The notes beneath the pieces were generated by a model. It was not told where the DNA came from, made no database searches, and saw only the letters and a list, made by a program, of their open reading frames with translations. DNA of 64,000 nucleotides from Spirochaetia bacterium (GTDB taxonomy: Bacteria > Spirochaetota > Spirochaetia > CAKZLE01): contig OY782041.1 in the NCBI GenBank assembly GCA_963677595.1, positions 128,001 through 192,000 of the forward strand, in the 5' to 3' direction. Shown here in pieces: positions 49,719 through 59,136 of this stretch (the stretch's first letter is position 1; each line of letters opens with the position of its first letter). Made by a program: the position numbers and the translations under genes.

Positions 49719-50234
49719 CTAAGGGAGCTCCCCGATCCGTTCCAGAATCAGGTCCACGATCTCCTCAGGGCCGTGATGCTCCGTATCGATCACGAGATCG
49801 GCTATGGAGGTGTCATGGTTGTCGATACCGTAGATCCGTAAGTACCGGGCACTATCTGCCTCATCGCGGGCCTGGGTCTCACGCAGCTTCGCCTCCCCGT
49901 CACCGCCTTCGCGCCTGCAGATCCTCTTTGCCCGCACCTCCTCAGATGCGTCGAGGAACACCTTGAGGTCGGCCTCCTTCAGCATCCAGATAGCCAGGCG
50001 GGACCCGAGGACGCAGTCCCCCTTCCGTGCCAGCTCTACCTGGTGGTTGTCCAGCTCGATATCATAGGAGTCATCGAGCTCAGCCCGTCTCCTGAGTTCG
50101 CTGAACTCCAGCCCCTTGTCCTCCGCCATCATGCGGAAGGTGTAATTGATCCATGCCACGCCCAGCCGCTCGGCTAAGAGCTTGCTCACCGTGGTGTTCC
50201 CGCACCCGCTCTTTCCTGAAATCGCTATCTTCAC
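49719..50234 (-). CDS. cmk: Cytidylate kinase (archaeal-type, AAA_17-like)
   Basis: IAISGKSGCGNTT, SRLAIW, ADLKVFL.AS..VRA.RI..REG, RY..IYGID. Confidence 0.85.
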   Translation of the reverse strand: MKIAISGKSGCGNTTVSKLLAERLGVAWINYTFRMMAEDKGLEFSELRRRAELDDSYDIELDNHQVELARKGDCVLGSRLAIWMLKEADLKVFLDASEEVRAKRICRREGGDGEAKLRETQARDEADSARYLRIYGIDNHDTSIADLVIDTEHHGPEEIVDLILERIGELP

Positions 50235-50247
50235 TCGTAACTCCAGC

Positions 50248-51114
50248 TTACTCTATGTTTCTCAACTGTTCTCTGATGTTCTCCAGGCTGTCCTTCATCG
50301 CCACGACAGCCTGGTTGACCTCGACCATCACGCTCTTAGAGGCGATGGTGTTTATCTCCCGGTTGAGCTCCTGGCAGAGGAAATCAAGGCGCTTCCCGAC
50401 CGGCGTGTGCCCCGTCATCTCCTCCCGGAAATGGGCAAGGTGGCTCTCGATCCTGCTGATCTCCTCATTGACCGTGTACTTCATGAGGAGGACTGCGACC
50501 TCCTGGAGGACCCGGTTCTCATCATACTCCCCGCCGGTGAGCTCCTCGAACCTGGTCACCAGGTTTGAGCGGATCGTCTCCTCGAGCAGGCCTGCCCGCT
50601 CCTGTATGAGCCGGTACTGCTCCTCGAAGGAATCGAGCTGCCCGAGGATATCGCGGAAGGTGCTCTCACCCTCGCTTATCTTGGTAGCCTCGAATCCCAC
50701 CAGGGCGATCCCCATCTGCTCGATGATGACCTCTTCATACGCTGAGACATCGGAGTTCTTCACCAGCTTGAGCACCTCATCGGCATGGAGGAAATGGCTC
50801 AGCCGCGGCTCCTCGTCCAGCCCCGCGATATCGATGATCTTCTTGAACGCCTTCTTGTAGCTGTCGACCACACCGGCATCCACCACCACATCTGCATCAC
50901 CGGAGAGCCGCTTCAGGCGGATGTTCACTTCTATATGGCCCCGTGCCGCTACAGCCTTGACCATCTCCTTCAGCTTCGCCTCGTAGCAGGCGAGGTAGCC
51001 GGGTATATTGAACGCAAGATCGAAGTACCGGTTGTTATAGGACTTCACATCGATCACCAGGAGGAACTGCTCGTCCTGGTATTCACTGGTACCGAACCCA
51101 GTCATACTCTTCAT
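50248..51114 (-). CDS. yicC: YicC/YloC-family endoribonuclease
   Basis: MKSMTGFG, KSYNNRY, EEI.R..SH, GKRLDFLCQELNREINTIASK, IREQ..NIE. Confidence 0.95.
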   Translation of the reverse strand: MKSMTGFGTSEYQDEQFLLVIDVKSYNNRYFDLAFNIPGYLACYEAKLKEMVKAVAARGHIEVNIRLKRLSGDADVVVDAGVVDSYKKAFKKIIDIAGLDEEPRLSHFLHADEVLKLVKNSDVSAYEEVIIEQMGIALVGFEATKISEGESTFRDILGQLDSFEEQYRLIQERAGLLEETIRSNLVTRFEELTGGEYDENRVLQEVAVLLMKYTVNEEISRIESHLAHFREEMTGHTPVGKRLDFLCQELNREINTIASKSVMVEVNQAVVAMKDSLENIREQLRNIE

Positions 51115-51118
51115 CTAT

Positions 51119-52519
51119 CTATTCCCCTTCGGTCATGGTATCGAGAAGATACTCACCTATGAATCGATTATTACCTGCTCCCATAGTAATGAACAAATCG
51201 CCGGGTTGCAACCGTGACCTGATCTCCCTGAGGTCAGCTTCCCCGGTCCCCAGGAACCGCCCGCCCCCTACTGCCCCGGCAAGTGTCCTGCTCCACCGCT
51301 GGGCTGACCCGCTGTCGCTGTCAGCCTCCCGCACGGTCGTCCAGACAGGGTGGATGTACACCTCATCCGCGACCCCGAAGGCGTCGGCGAACTCGGCGAA
51401 GAGCGCCTGTGTCCTCGAGATCGTATGGGGGATGAAGTCAACAACCAGCCGGTTCGGCTGGTAGAACTCCCGGAGGGCCCCGAGGGTCGCAGAAATCTCC
51501 TCCGGGTGGTGACCGTAGTCATCGACGATGGTCACCCCACCAGCTGTACCGATCAGCTCGGATCTCCTCAGGCAGCCTGGATACCCTTCCGTATGGGGGA
51601 GCACCGTGCCCAGGGCCGTACCGGTCATGATGGACACCGCAGCCGCAGCCGCAGCCATGTTCCTCACCATATGGGCTCCCGGGACCCTGAGTGCTATCTG
51701 CACCCCGGCCATCTCGGCAGTCACCTTGCCCGTTGACTGCCTGATCCCGGATATCCCGCAATCCCCGACGGCACCCACACCATAGGGGACAGCCTTCACA
51801 TCAGGCCGTCCGGAGATGAACGCCCGGACCAGGGCATCGACCTCTGGGTCCTCACAGGCGTAGACCACCGCACCGCCCGGTGCAAGTCTCCCCAGGAACC
51901 GCCTGAACGAAGACCGTACCGCCTCCATGCTCCCGAAGTGGTCAGGGTGGTCGAGGCTCATGCTCGTCAGGATGATGACCTCGGGTGAGTAGGCAAGAAA
52001 ATGGTCACGATACTCACAGGCCTCGATGAAGAGCGGCAGCTGCCCACCGGGCAGGGAGGAGACCGGTCCCCGCTCCTGGAGGGCTGTCCCGTAGATGGAG
52101 AGATGAGGAATCCCCAGAGCCTGCATGAGGTGGTCGGCCATGGCAGAGGTCGAGCTCTTCCCATGGGTCCCCGCAACGGCACAGGTGGGGTACTGCGCGG
52201 AGAGCTCAGCGAGCACATCGACGTACGTCATGACCTGGAGGCCTCGTTTGAGCGCCTGTGCGAGTTCCTCGTTATTCTCAGCCGTATACGCCGGGGATGC
52301 CACGACCAGTGAGGTATCCGGGGGTATGTTCCCCGTCCTGAATCCCTCACAGACTGCTATCCCCTCCTCTTCGAGGAGTTCGTCTGTGTAGAACCGTTCG
52401 GCGATATCGCTGCCTGAGACGACTGCCCCCGCCCGCTGCAGTGCCGCAGCCAGCGAGGCCATCCCCGTGCCCTTGATCCCTATCAGGTATATATGTCTGC
52501 CGGTGATCTCATCGAACAT
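51119..52519 (-). CDS. murC: UDP-N-acetylmuramate--L-alanine ligase
   Basis: GIKGTGM, GSD, GTHGKSST, EACEY, DHPD, DDYGHHPEEI, PHT.SRT, MGAG. Confidence 0.93.
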   Translation of the reverse strand: MFDEITGRHIYLIGIKGTGMASLAAALQRAGAVVSGSDIAERFYTDELLEEEGIAVCEGFRTGNIPPDTSLVVASPAYTAENNEELAQALKRGLQVMTYVDVLAELSAQYPTCAVAGTHGKSSTSAMADHLMQALGIPHLSIYGTALQERGPVSSLPGGQLPLFIEACEYRDHFLAYSPEVIILTSMSLDHPDHFGSMEAVRSSFRRFLGRLAPGGAVVYACEDPEVDALVRAFISGRPDVKAVPYGVGAVGDCGISGIRQSTGKVTAEMAGVQIALRVPGAHMVRNMAAAAAAVSIMTGTALGTVLPHTEGYPGCLRRSELIGTAGGVTIVDDYGHHPEEISATLGALREFYQPNRLVVDFIPHTISRTQALFAEFADAFGVADEVYIHPVWTTVREADSDSGSAQRWSRTLAGAVGGGRFLGTGEADLREIRSRLQPGDLFITMGAGNNRFIGEYLLDTMTEGE

Positions 52520-52546
52520 ACTCAAGGATTATAACATCTCCCGAGG

Positions 52547-52590
52547 GATAAAAAAAAGACCATTCCTCTAAAGAGAACGGTCTTTCTATC
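52547..52590 (-). terminator. Terminator of the small Zn-ribbon gene
   Basis: Minus strand AAAGACCGTTC-loop-GAATGGTCTTT followed by a T run. Confidence 0.75.
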
Positions 52591-52608
52591 CGGGTACTAC
52601 CCTGCTGA

Positions 52609-52803
52609 TTAGAGCGCTTTCAACGCATCCTGCTTATGTCCATTCTTCAGCGCAGCATCGCACTGCTTGCAAACCATGACTTTCTTCTCATTAGCTTCTT
52701 TTTCATACAAGAGCTTGATACCTGATCGTTTGCAAATGGGACAAGTGCCTCTCCCTCGACCAACCTGATCCAGGATACCGGCGCCTCTATGTGCTTTAGC
52801 CAT
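52609..52803 (-). CDS. Small basic CxxC-CxxC zinc-ribbon protein, possibly ribosomal
   Basis: MAKAHRG...RGRGTCPICKR.GIKLLYE...VCKQC; GAGGAG SD; own terminator. Confidence 0.75.
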   Translation of the reverse strand: MAKAHRGAGILDQVGRGRGTCPICKRSGIKLLYEKEANEKKVMVCKQCDAALKNGHKQDALKAL

Positions 52804-53003
52804 AGTCAACTCCTCACTATATTAACAAAGTCTGTAACCGACTATAGTTATCAGAGAGAAAAAAGTCAAGGGAGTTTATGCACCAAAACTGCATCTGGGG
52901 CAGATAAAAAAAATGGAAAAAGTACTTTACAAAGTGTTTCTACTTATAGTAACATGCTCATAACGCAAATGTTTCTTCCTACAGAAACAACTATGGGGAT
53001 GAT

Positions 53004-53297
53004 ATGCAGCACGAAATGGCGTATATACAGGAGGACCTGACCGAACTGATCGGGATCCTCACGAAGATCGACACGACCGAGAAGATGCAGCGGCTCTTCG
53101 AGGAGCTGTTCACACAGAAAGAGAAATATGACTTCGCCCTTCGGTGGCGACTCATGAAGGACCTGTACGACGGGAAACCGCAGCGGGAGATCGCTGCCGA
53201 CCTGAAGATAAGCCTCTGCAAGATAACAAGGGGCTCGAAGATCCTCAAGCAGGAGGATTCATGTATGCTAGAACTGATCAAGGAGAAAGAACTATGA
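53004..53297 (+). CDS. trpR: TrpR-like repressor
   Basis: [29 protein letters not shown]; overlaps trpB. Confidence 0.85.
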   Translation: MQHEMAYIQEDLTELIGILTKIDTTEKMQRLFEELFTQKEKYDFALRWRLMKDLYDGKPQREIAADLKISLCKITRGSKILKQEDSCMLELIKEKEL

Positions 53298-54496
53298 GTA
53301 TGATCACACCGGACCTGCCCAATGAGAAGGGATATTTCGGAGCGTACGGGGGAGCCTACCTCCCGCCGCAGCTGCAGGAGATCATGGATGATATCACCTC
53401 ATCGTATGAGGAGATCAAGAACGACCCGGCATTCATCGAGGAGCTGAAGTACCTGAGGAAGCACTATATCGGAAGACCATCCCCCATCTACTATGCCGAG
53501 GCCCTCACGAAGAAGGTCGGCGGTGCCGAGATCTACATGAAGCGGGAGGACCTCAACCATACCGGGGCACACAAGATCAACCACTGCGTGGCTGAGGCCC
53601 TGCTGGCCAAGAAGATGGGTAAGAAAAAGATCATCGCCGAGACCGGTGCGGGGCAGCACGGGGTGGCTCTCGCTACCGCGGCGGCCCTGGTCGGGCTCGA
53701 GTGCGATATCTACATGGGCGAGGTGGACGTCGCCAAGGAGCACCCGAACGTCTCGAGGATGAAGGTTCTCGGCGCAAGGGTCATCTCCGTCGACCGGGGG
53801 ACGAAGACCCTCAAGGATGCCGTTGATGCAGCCTTCGAGGCCTATGTGGCAGACCCCGTCACCCAGCTCTATGCGATCGGCTCCGTGGTCGGCCCGCACC
53901 CATTCCCCATGATGGTCCGTGATTTCCAGGAGATCGTGGGGATAGAGGCCAGGGAGCAGTTCAGCGAGATGGCCGGCTGCAAGCCGGATGCCCTCGTGGC
54001 CTGCGTCGGCGGTGGATCCAATGCGATCGGGCTGTTCACCGCGTTCCTCGATGACAAGGAGATCGACATCTACGGGGTGGAACCCTCAGGGAAGAGCTTT
54101 AAGGAAGGAGAGCACGCCGCGACCCTCACCCTCGGGAAGCCGGGCGTCCTCCACGGGTTCTCCTGCTACCTCCTGCAGGATGACGAGGGACAGCCGCTGC
54201 CGGTCTACTCGATCGCAAGCGGGCTCGATTACCCCGGTGTCGGTCCGCAGCACAGCTACCTCAAGGATATCGAGCGGGTCACCTACGTGACGGCGAACGA
54301 TCTCGAGGCAGTCGATGCCTTCTATACCCTCTCACGGGTGGAAGGGATCATCCCAGCCCTGGAATCAGCACATGCGGTAGCCTATGCGATGAAACTCGCG
54401 AAGGAACTCGGGCCGGGGAAGAAGATCCTCCTCAACCTCTCCGGGCGAGGCGACAAGGATATCGACTACATCCTGGATAACTATCCGGCTGAATAA
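53294..54496 (+). CDS. trpB: Tryptophan synthase beta chain
   Basis: [59 protein letters not shown]. Confidence 0.96.
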   Translation: MSMITPDLPNEKGYFGAYGGAYLPPQLQEIMDDITSSYEEIKNDPAFIEELKYLRKHYIGRPSPIYYAEALTKKVGGAEIYMKREDLNHTGAHKINHCVAEALLAKKMGKKKIIAETGAGQHGVALATAAALVGLECDIYMGEVDVAKEHPNVSRMKVLGARVISVDRGTKTLKDAVDAAFEAYVADPVTQLYAIGSVVGPHPFPMMVRDFQEIVGIEAREQFSEMAGCKPDALVACVGGGSNAIGLFTAFLDDKEIDIYGVEPSGKSFKEGEHAATLTLGKPGVLHGFSCYLLQDDEGQPLPVYSIASGLDYPGVGPQHSYLKDIERVTYVTANDLEAVDAFYTLSRVEGIIPALESAHAVAYAMKLAKELGPGKKILLNLSGRGDKDIDYILDNYPAE

Positions 54497-54515
54497 CGGA
54501 AGGTACTTCGTGATG

Positions 54516-54539
54516 ACGGCCTGCAGGGATGCAGGCCGT
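54516..54539. terminator. Hairpin between convergent genes
   Basis: ACGGCCTGCA-ggga-TGCAGGCCGT. Confidence 0.7.
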
Positions 54540-54547
54540 TCCTATGC

Positions 54548-55669
54548 CTAGAGGGCGAACCCGAAGGTGAGCTGGGCCTCGACATCTGAGCCGGTATAGG
54601 TCTCCGTCGGGTTCAGCGCATACTTGATCGCGTCGGTAGGTACCTGCAGGGCAGCATCCAGCTTCATGAAGGGGAGCACGATCCCGAGCCCGCCGGTATA
54701 GGTCCCCTCGGTGAAGTCAGGGCCGAAGAGCAGGTCGCCGATCGCCGGCAGGTCCTGGCGGAACCCGACCCTGAGGGCCATCTGCATGTATTCGAGGAAC
54801 CGCAGGTTCGTCTCAGTACCGATCGCCAGCACGCGATTGACATCATCCCCGATACCATGTACGTCAGCAGCGATGGTGAACTGGAGGATCCTGAAGTTCC
54901 CGTACTGGTCATAGGTGTCACTCTGGTAGGCGATCCCTGCATTGAGCCCCTGCACGATGCTGTCCACATCGAGCCGGATCTCGCTGTCATCCCCGTACAT
55001 GAAGTTGAGGAACTCATCGCTGTAGGCACCTATCGAGAAGTTCCCCAGGTCTATGAGGGCCCCGACCCCCATCAGGACCTGCTCCTCAGCGCCCAGGGAG
55101 GCATTGTACTCACCCAGGATGATCTCCTGAAGGAATGGGAGCAGTATACCCACAGCATCATCGACCGGTATATCGACACCGGTCTTCCTGTTGAGTTTGG
55201 TAGCCTTGAGATTCGCCCCCAGGGAGATCGGCCCGATCCCGGTAGAGAGCCCGACAAGCAGGGAGTTGTACTTCGCGACGTCGAAGGTGTACTCACTCTC
55301 CCCGTAATCGATATGCATGAAGTACTTCGAATAGAGGGCTATCCCCCAGTTCCTCGTGGTATAGAGGAACTCTCCCTCGACCTCGGGATTGACCAGGAAC
55401 CCGGTCACCGGTGCGTCCTGGCCGAAGAGGGTGCCGTCCGCACTGTCCCGTGCATCGATCCGCAGGGACATGGTATTGCGGTAGTGGCGCCTCAAGCCGG
55501 AGGGGTTGAGGTATAGCGCATTGGCATCATCTGCCAATGCCGTGTAGGCAGTACCCAGACCGAGTACCCGCGCATCGAAATGTTCCGTATCTATGCTTAA
55601 CGTCTCCGCTGAGACTCCAAATGTTGCCAGGAGGAGCAGCATGCCGACGACCAGTATCTTTCTCATCAC
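54548..55669 (-). CDS. Putative outer-membrane beta-barrel (FadL/PorV/TraF-like N-terminus)
   Basis: Signal peptide, ARVLGLG.AYTALADDANALY.NP.GL motif, amphipathic strands, terminal QLTFGFAL. Confidence 0.75.
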   Translation of the reverse strand: MMRKILVVGMLLLLATFGVSAETLSIDTEHFDARVLGLGTAYTALADDANALYLNPSGLRRHYRNTMSLRIDARDSADGTLFGQDAPVTGFLVNPEVEGEFLYTTRNWGIALYSKYFMHIDYGESEYTFDVAKYNSLLVGLSTGIGPISLGANLKATKLNRKTGVDIPVDDAVGILLPFLQEIILGEYNASLGAEEQVLMGVGALIDLGNFSIGAYSDEFLNFMYGDDSEIRLDVDSIVQGLNAGIAYQSDTYDQYGNFRILQFTIAADVHGIGDDVNRVLAIGTETNLRFLEYMQMALRVGFRQDLPAIGDLLFGPDFTEGTYTGGLGIVLPFMKLDAALQVPTDAIKYALNPTETYTGSDVEAQLTFGFAL

Positions 55670-55814
55670 TCACCAACCCGTATGAACAGTTTTACTCTAA
55701 GAAGTAAACCAACGGAGGCGTCCTTAGTTACAGAAATGGTACACAATCTCCTTTGCCCTTCGAAGCCATGGGTCTCTTGACCTTGGGAAGTGAAACAGCC
55801 ATCATAGAGGTATC

Positions 55815-57074
55815 ATGCGAAAGAACACTCATAAAGATATATATATCCTGTCGATGGACGGCGGGGGGATACGCGGGGTCATCCCCGTGATGGTGCTGCA
55901 GGAACTCGAACGGATCCTGGCCGATTCGGGGACCCCGAGACCCGTCTCATCCTGCTTCGACCTGGTCGCCGGGACCTCCACGGGAGGGCTGATCGCCCTC
56001 GCCCTGGCAGCTCCCTACGACCGGCTCAACCTCGACTTCGAATCAGGGGAGCTGCCTCGGCGGGAACACATCCAGAAGAACGTCAGCATCATCGACATGT
56101 ACAAGCTCAGGTTCAGGGCCAACCACCAGATCCCGGAAGAACCTGAGGAGGGACCCCTCCCAGCAGCGGCAGAGGAGCCTGTTCAGGAATCCTCTCCACA
56201 GGCTCCTTCCTCCCTGCGCAGCAGGATACGCGACTACCTGCACTCGCGGTATCGAGACAAGAGCAGGACCCTCCAGAATGAAGCAGTCGAGCTGTCGAAG
56301 ATCCTCGCGATCTATGAGGAACAGGGGGAGAGGATCTTCCCCAAGAGTTCGTTCCGACAGCTTCAGGCGATCGGGCAGATGTTCGGCGACAAGTATGATG
56401 TCGCCTCACTGGAGCGGCTCCTCGACACTATCTTCTCCGACCTGACCATGCAGGAGGCGACCCTCCCCGTCGTCGTGACCACCTATGACTGCTACGGCGG
56501 GAACCCCTACCTGATCAGCTCCTATGGCAATCGGCAGTATACCATGCGGGATGCGGCGCGCGCGACCTCAGCAGCCCCGACCTATTTCTCCCCCCTGATG
56601 GCCTCCCCGATCGGGAGGGAGGATGAGCTTCACTGCCTCATCGACGGCGGGGTCTGCGTGAACAACCCCTCATTGGTGGCATACCTCGAGGCAAAGAAGC
56701 TCTTCCCTGATGCCGGCCACTTCCACATCCTCTCCCTGGGGACCGCTGCCGCCCGGTATTCCCTCTCTCGGGATGAGTTCATCGGGGGAGGCATGATCGG
56801 TTGGCTCGACCCGGCGAAGAACTTCCCGCTCTACCAGTCCATGACCACCAGCCAGTACGGGCTTACCGACTATGCATTGAACAGCCTGCCTGATGTATCG
56901 TATCATAGGATCGACGGGACACAGGGAACGAGGCACATCCGTCTTGACGATGCCGGGGAGGAGAACATCACCCGCCTCAAGGGCATCGGGCAGGAGGTGA
57001 TCAGGACATACCGCGACCAGCTGACCCGGTTCTGTGACGAACTGCTCACCAGAACACAGGGGGAACGATACTGA
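55815..57074 (+). CDS. Patatin-like phospholipase
   Basis: DGGGIRG, GTSTG, ATSAAPTYF, DGG, NNP, LSLGT. Confidence 0.92.
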   Translation: MRKNTHKDIYILSMDGGGIRGVIPVMVLQELERILADSGTPRPVSSCFDLVAGTSTGGLIALALAAPYDRLNLDFESGELPRREHIQKNVSIIDMYKLRFRANHQIPEEPEEGPLPAAAEEPVQESSPQAPSSLRSRIRDYLHSRYRDKSRTLQNEAVELSKILAIYEEQGERIFPKSSFRQLQAIGQMFGDKYDVASLERLLDTIFSDLTMQEATLPVVVTTYDCYGGNPYLISSYGNRQYTMRDAARATSAAPTYFSPLMASPIGREDELHCLIDGGVCVNNPSLVAYLEAKKLFPDAGHFHILSLGTAAARYSLSRDEFIGGGMIGWLDPAKNFPLYQSMTTSQYGLTDYALNSLPDVSYHRIDGTQGTRHIRLDDAGEENITRLKGIGQEVIRTYRDQLTRFCDELLTRTQGERY

Positions 57075-57469
57075 TGCATCCGAAACAGGCTGAGATCGAG
57101 AAGAGACTGCGTGCCATGCTTGACGAACTGGACAGCTACCTGGAGGAGACCTACGGGGATGAGTTCTCCCTCCACCCCAACAGGCTCCCGAGGGGAGCGG
57201 CCGGCTCGCCCCTCTATGACGGGCTCTTCAGTGCCTCCTCGAAGTTCACCCTCGGCTACGGGACCGAGTACGGCAGGGGGTATGACATCGTCATCGATAT
57301 CTCCACGCTCGAGCTCGTCAGGAAGGAGGTCCGCAGCGGCATCGAGGATGATGCGGCACGGAAACTTACCAGCCTGCTGCCGAAGTACTTCCCTGAACGC
57401 AAGCTCACCGTCGTCAAGGAAGGGAACTACTACAAACTCATCGGGGACTTCTCTCTGGGCACGGTCTAG
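57074..57469 (+). CDS. Hypothetical protein
   Basis: Coupled to the patatin gene (TGATG overlap); host-like codon usage. Confidence 0.75.
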   Translation: MHPKQAEIEKRLRAMLDELDSYLEETYGDEFSLHPNRLPRGAAGSPLYDGLFSASSKFTLGYGTEYGRGYDIVIDISTLELVRKEVRSGIEDDAARKLTSLLPKYFPERKLTVVKEGNYYKLIGDFSLGTV

Positions 57470-58116
57470 GGCATACCGGCAACAGCCCGGAAGAGCGCCT
57501 GTGAAGCCTCCTGCATGAACTCCTTGAAGTCAGAAGGTCGCTCTCCCGCCATCGTATCGGAGATCACCCGGTAGACCATACAGGGGACAGAAGCCTCCTC
57601 TGCGGCGGCAATGACGGCATAACTCTCCATATCGGCAATCTGGACACCAAGCTCCCCGGTCAGCCAGGGGCTGTCCTCTACATACCCCTTCGTCAGGAAG
57701 ATGTCGGCGGTCCCGCAGCGGACTGCAGGGATCCCGTCCTCACGGGTGTCTGCCTCGGCATAGACCGGGAGCGTCCCGTTTATCATCCCGCGCTTCAGCC
57801 CGAACCGCCCGATGTTGAGGTCATACTGGACGGCATCCGTGACCTGGACGACCTCCCCAAGCCTGAGGGACGGATCGACCCCGGCAGCGATTCCCACGCA
57901 GAAGAGCCGCTGAGGGCTGAGCCGGGCGACCAGCGATGCGGTATGGATGGCAGCCTGTACCTTTCCCGACCCGATCACGGCAAGGACCGTCTCTCCGAAA
58001 GGGTCGAGCCTCCCTCGCAGGACAGGGAACCTGAAATCGCGGAGGAGTACGGTATCTTCGAGCTGGTCGGTGAAGTACCGAAGCTCCTCAGCCAGCGGGG
58101 CGATGATGAGGGTCAT
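57466..58116 (-). CDS. mtnN: MTA/SAH nucleosidase
   Basis: APLAEE, GSGKV.AA, GIAAG, QYD, TADIF, DMES, RVISD. Confidence 0.85.
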   Translation of the reverse strand: MTLIIAPLAEELRYFTDQLEDTVLLRDFRFPVLRGRLDPFGETVLAVIGSGKVQAAIHTASLVARLSPQRLFCVGIAAGVDPSLRLGEVVQVTDAVQYDLNIGRFGLKRGMINGTLPVYAEADTREDGIPAVRCGTADIFLTKGYVEDSPWLTGELGVQIADMESYAVIAAAEEASVPCMVYRVISDTMAGERPSDFKEFMQEASQALFRAVAGMP

Positions 58117-59000
58117 CAGTCGACCATCTCGTAGGTGCTGATCTGCACCGTATGGCGCAGGGTCTCGAGGACCCGCTCGACAAGGACCCCTTCCCGGTGC
58201 TCTATCTCATAGCCGAAGGTCGCCCTGATCGCCTGCAGGACGAACTGGATAGCCCGGTCGATCGCGATCGGCAGGCTGTCACGCTGCAGGAGGGAACCTG
58301 CGATTACGCTTGCGAACATATCGCCGGTCCCGGGGTAGGAAGCCGGTATATAGGTGCACTCGACCTTCCAGTAGCGGTTCCCGCTGCGGTTATAGGCATA
58401 GACGGAACTGAGGGCCTGCTTCCCCTTCACCGGGACGCTGGTGATGACCACCCGGTCCGGCCCGAGGTCCGAGAGCCGCTTCAGCCAGCCCTTGATCCGC
58501 TCAACGGTGATCTCCTGTGGGTATGGTTCCCCCAGCAGCAGGGCAGCCTCGGTGAAATTGGGGGTGATGACATCAGCCTTGGTCACGAGATGCCGCATGG
58601 CCTGTACCATGGGGTCGTCAAAGGGGCCGTAGAGCTCCCCGTCGTCCCCGAGGACAGGATCGATCAGGATCAGGGCCTCCCCGGGAACCGTGAAGGAGTC
58701 GATCAGCCGCTCGACCACGCTGATCTGGCGCTCTGACCCGAGGAACCCGGTATAGACGGCATCGAAGGTGATGCCGAGGGTCTCCCAGTGGTCGAGGATC
58801 GCTTCCATCTCCTCTGTGAGGTCCTTGAAGAAATAGTCGGAGAACCCGCTCGTCTGGGTAGAGAGCAGTGCCGTGGGGAGCGGACAGACCTGGGCACCGA
58901 GGGTCGAGAGGATCGGGGAGACTATCGTCAATGAGGACCTGCCGAACCCTGACAGGTCATGTACCGCGCATACCCGCGGGACGGGGTTTCGTGACTGCAT
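58116..59000 (-). CDS. pdxK: Pyridoxal/pyridoxamine kinase
   Basis: HDLSGFGRSSL, PTALLS, YTGFLG, DPVLGD, ITPN.TEA, GTGD.FAS. Confidence 0.9.
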   Translation of the reverse strand: MQSRNPVPRVCAVHDLSGFGRSSLTIVSPILSTLGAQVCPLPTALLSTQTSGFSDYFFKDLTEEMEAILDHWETLGITFDAVYTGFLGSERQISVVERLIDSFTVPGEALILIDPVLGDDGELYGPFDDPMVQAMRHLVTKADVITPNFTEAALLLGEPYPQEITVERIKGWLKRLSDLGPDRVVITSVPVKGKQALSSVYAYNRSGNRYWKVECTYIPASYPGTGDMFASVIAGSLLQRDSLPIAIDRAIQFVLQAIRATFGYEIEHREGVLVERVLETLRHTVQISTYEMVD

Positions 59001-59136
59001 ACAAACGCCTCGCTTCTTTTTCCAGACCAGTATACATCCCCCATCATACTGTGGCAACCTGTTGATTGACCAACCGCAGCGTAGCGGCTATGCTGTTGGG
59101 TATAACCTATGGAGAAGAGTTACGGAGGGGATAACA

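Noticed and set aside
52920-52960. TrpR operator upstream of trpR
   Set aside because: Only short imperfect palindromes (ACTTT-ac-AAAGT; TACT-tat-AGTA) with non-canonical spacing; too weak to call
55815-57074. Patatin as a CBASS CapV effector
   Set aside because: No cyclase or other defence genes are adjacent, and the context is housekeeping
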